Origin: Asterias rubens
Taxonomy: Eukaryota
DNA: 64,000 nucleotides
Assembly: GCF_902459465.1 (NCBI RefSeq)
Contig: NC_047076.1
Location: forward strand, 8,060,001 to 8,124,000
Direction of reading: 5' to 3'
The translations under genes and the position numbers were made by a program. Under the pieces are notes generated by a model that made no database searches, was not told the origin of the DNA, and saw only the letters and a list, made by a program, of their open reading frames with translations. This document shows positions 62,358-64,000 of this stretch, piece after piece (position 1 is the stretch's first letter; each line of letters opens with the position of its first letter).

Positions 62358-62396
62358 GCCTTAGCTTTCGATCCAATCCGGACCTTCTTCGGAGGC
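62358..62396 (-). ncRNA. Minimal type-I hammerhead ribozyme motif, Penelope-type, U4C core variant
   Basis: Minus strand GCCU-CCGAAGA-A-GGUCC-ggauu-GGAUC-GAA-AGCU-A-AGGC. Stem I GCCU/AGGC, stem II, GAAA, palindromic AGCU and a CUA cleavage triplet are all present. Confidence 0.6.
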
Positions 62397-63486
62397 ATAA
62401 ATAAGTACAAACAAATACATATCCATTTATAGAAAAAGAGAGGGGGAAAGGGATTAAGGAAAGGATCCAGAAAGAAGCGGGAAAATAACAGCCAATCAAA
62501 GTTTCTATTTCAGAAACAGTATGGTGGCTATGAACCAATAGGAGTGAAGTGGCGAGGACAAAGGATGTTTAGTATGAAAGGATGGGTTACTGGACCATAA
62601 AAGTGGTAAATGTATTGTTCGACAACAATGCATGGAAACATGAAAGGGTAGGATTAGAGAGCAAGTTGCATCATGATGCAACTAACAATGGTCAATTAAT
62701 AATAATAGCAAGATCAAAGGTATGATGATTTTAAAAATAGATATGAGGGACCTGTGGAAAAAGGGGGGGGGGGTTACTTACATCAGATAGTTACAGTGAT
62801 GAATTTATAAAAACATCTATATTATATATATTTTTTCCTGTTCATTATTTGGACAGAAAAAAAATCAAAAGGGTGCGCCAATGACCTCAGCCAAGTACTG
62901 AAATTGGGCTGGGAAAACCTTGGGTTCCAACATCCATTGCGCACTGAAAGCACAGAGTTTGTTTAAATAGAGTTTAAATGTCAATAAATGTGATTTGAGG
63001 AATAAGAGAAATCTGAAGATGTTTCCACCAGTGGGTTTGTTGACAAGTACCTCCTGCAGATGAACCTGTGTTTACATTTGAAAATGGTTTGGGGCAGAGG
63101 GTGGTGCCTTAATGAAGTGACGAGGGATTTCTTTAAGGATCAGTGGAGATAAGTATACTGTCATTGCCCGGGTGACCAGAAGTACTTGTCACTGAAGAGA
63201 AATTGGACCCAATAAATTAGTCGCTAGACCGGGGGGGGGGGGGGGGGGGTGTCCTCCTGGACGACTGCCAGGGTTTGGCTTAGCTGTGTAAAATACGGTG
63301 TGTCAAACTTCTGTCAAAGCTTGTGGACGAGATTTGAAGAAAAAGTCATTTGAACAAAAGTAAATAATTTTGTCAGATCGGTCATTCTAGTGGATGTTTT
63401 TAAATTTTATGAAGAAAATATGGAAATAAAAGAAGAACAATAAAAATCTTCAATTCAATTATAACTCAACACTTTTCTGTTTGAAC

Positions 63487-63830
63487 TTAAAGGAACGCGT
63501 TGCCTTGGATCGGTAGAGTTTGTCTTTGAAAAGCGTTTGTAACCGTTTGTTAAAAAAAGGATATGGTTGGGAAGATGTTGTAAAAGTAGAATACAATGAT
63601 CTACACGATTTTGCCTCGAAATTGCGTGGTTTTCCTTTTACTTTGCGAACTTACACGGTCGGCCATTTATGGGAGTCAACCATGGCCGACCGTGTTAGTC
63701 GACGAGGTAAAAGGAAAACCACGCAAGTTTGAGGCATATTTGTGTGGATCATTGTAAAACCTCTTTCTAACCATATGCATTTGATAACAAACGGTTACAA
63801 ACGCTTTGTATAGACCAACTAGTCCTTTAA
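63487..63830 (+). mobile_element. TTAA-flanked MITE, Kolobok-like
   Basis: Starts TTAA-AGGAACGCG. Internal IR AAAGCGTTTGTAACCGTTTGTTA / TAACAAACGGTTACAAACGCTTT. Ends CCT-TTAA. Confidence 0.65.
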
Positions 63831-64000
63831 ATGTAGTCATCGCTTGTTTTTTTTTCACAACCTAATGCTGATTTATGTGCCAGATACGATGAAATTCATC
63901 TGTGAAAGTTTCAGTTGAATACAGTATCAACATTTTGAGAAAACAGCACAAAACTTTCATGGTATTTTTACCAAGACCATCTAAACCATCCAATCTAAGA

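Overview
AT-rich, repeat-dense eukaryotic DNA from a marine invertebrate. The repeat families resemble those I associate with sea stars (Asteriidae-like); this is an inference. Three protein-coding genes are well supported. (1) The last three exons of a clan-2 cytochrome P450 (1-3102, +). (2) A complete tandem paralogue of 498 aa (CDS exons 15780-16677, 17132-17284, 18357-18461, 19714-20054, +). (3) A complete 128-aa C2orf76/UPF0538 orthologue (27846-34456, +) whose last intron uses a GC donor. There are two weaker gene candidates: a small minus-strand gene divergent from C2orf76 (first exon 24755-24853) and an orphan TATA-driven first exon near 51055-51380. The rest is a mosaic of TTAA-flanked Kolobok-like MITEs, hairpin MITEs, tRNA-headed SINEs, L2/CR1/RTE LINE remnants and several satellites. 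The most notable non-coding signal is a set of Penelope-type short repeats carrying minimal hammerhead-ribozyme motifs with non-canonical cores, the best at 62358-62396 (-). No CRISPR array, rRNA or intact tRNA gene was seen.
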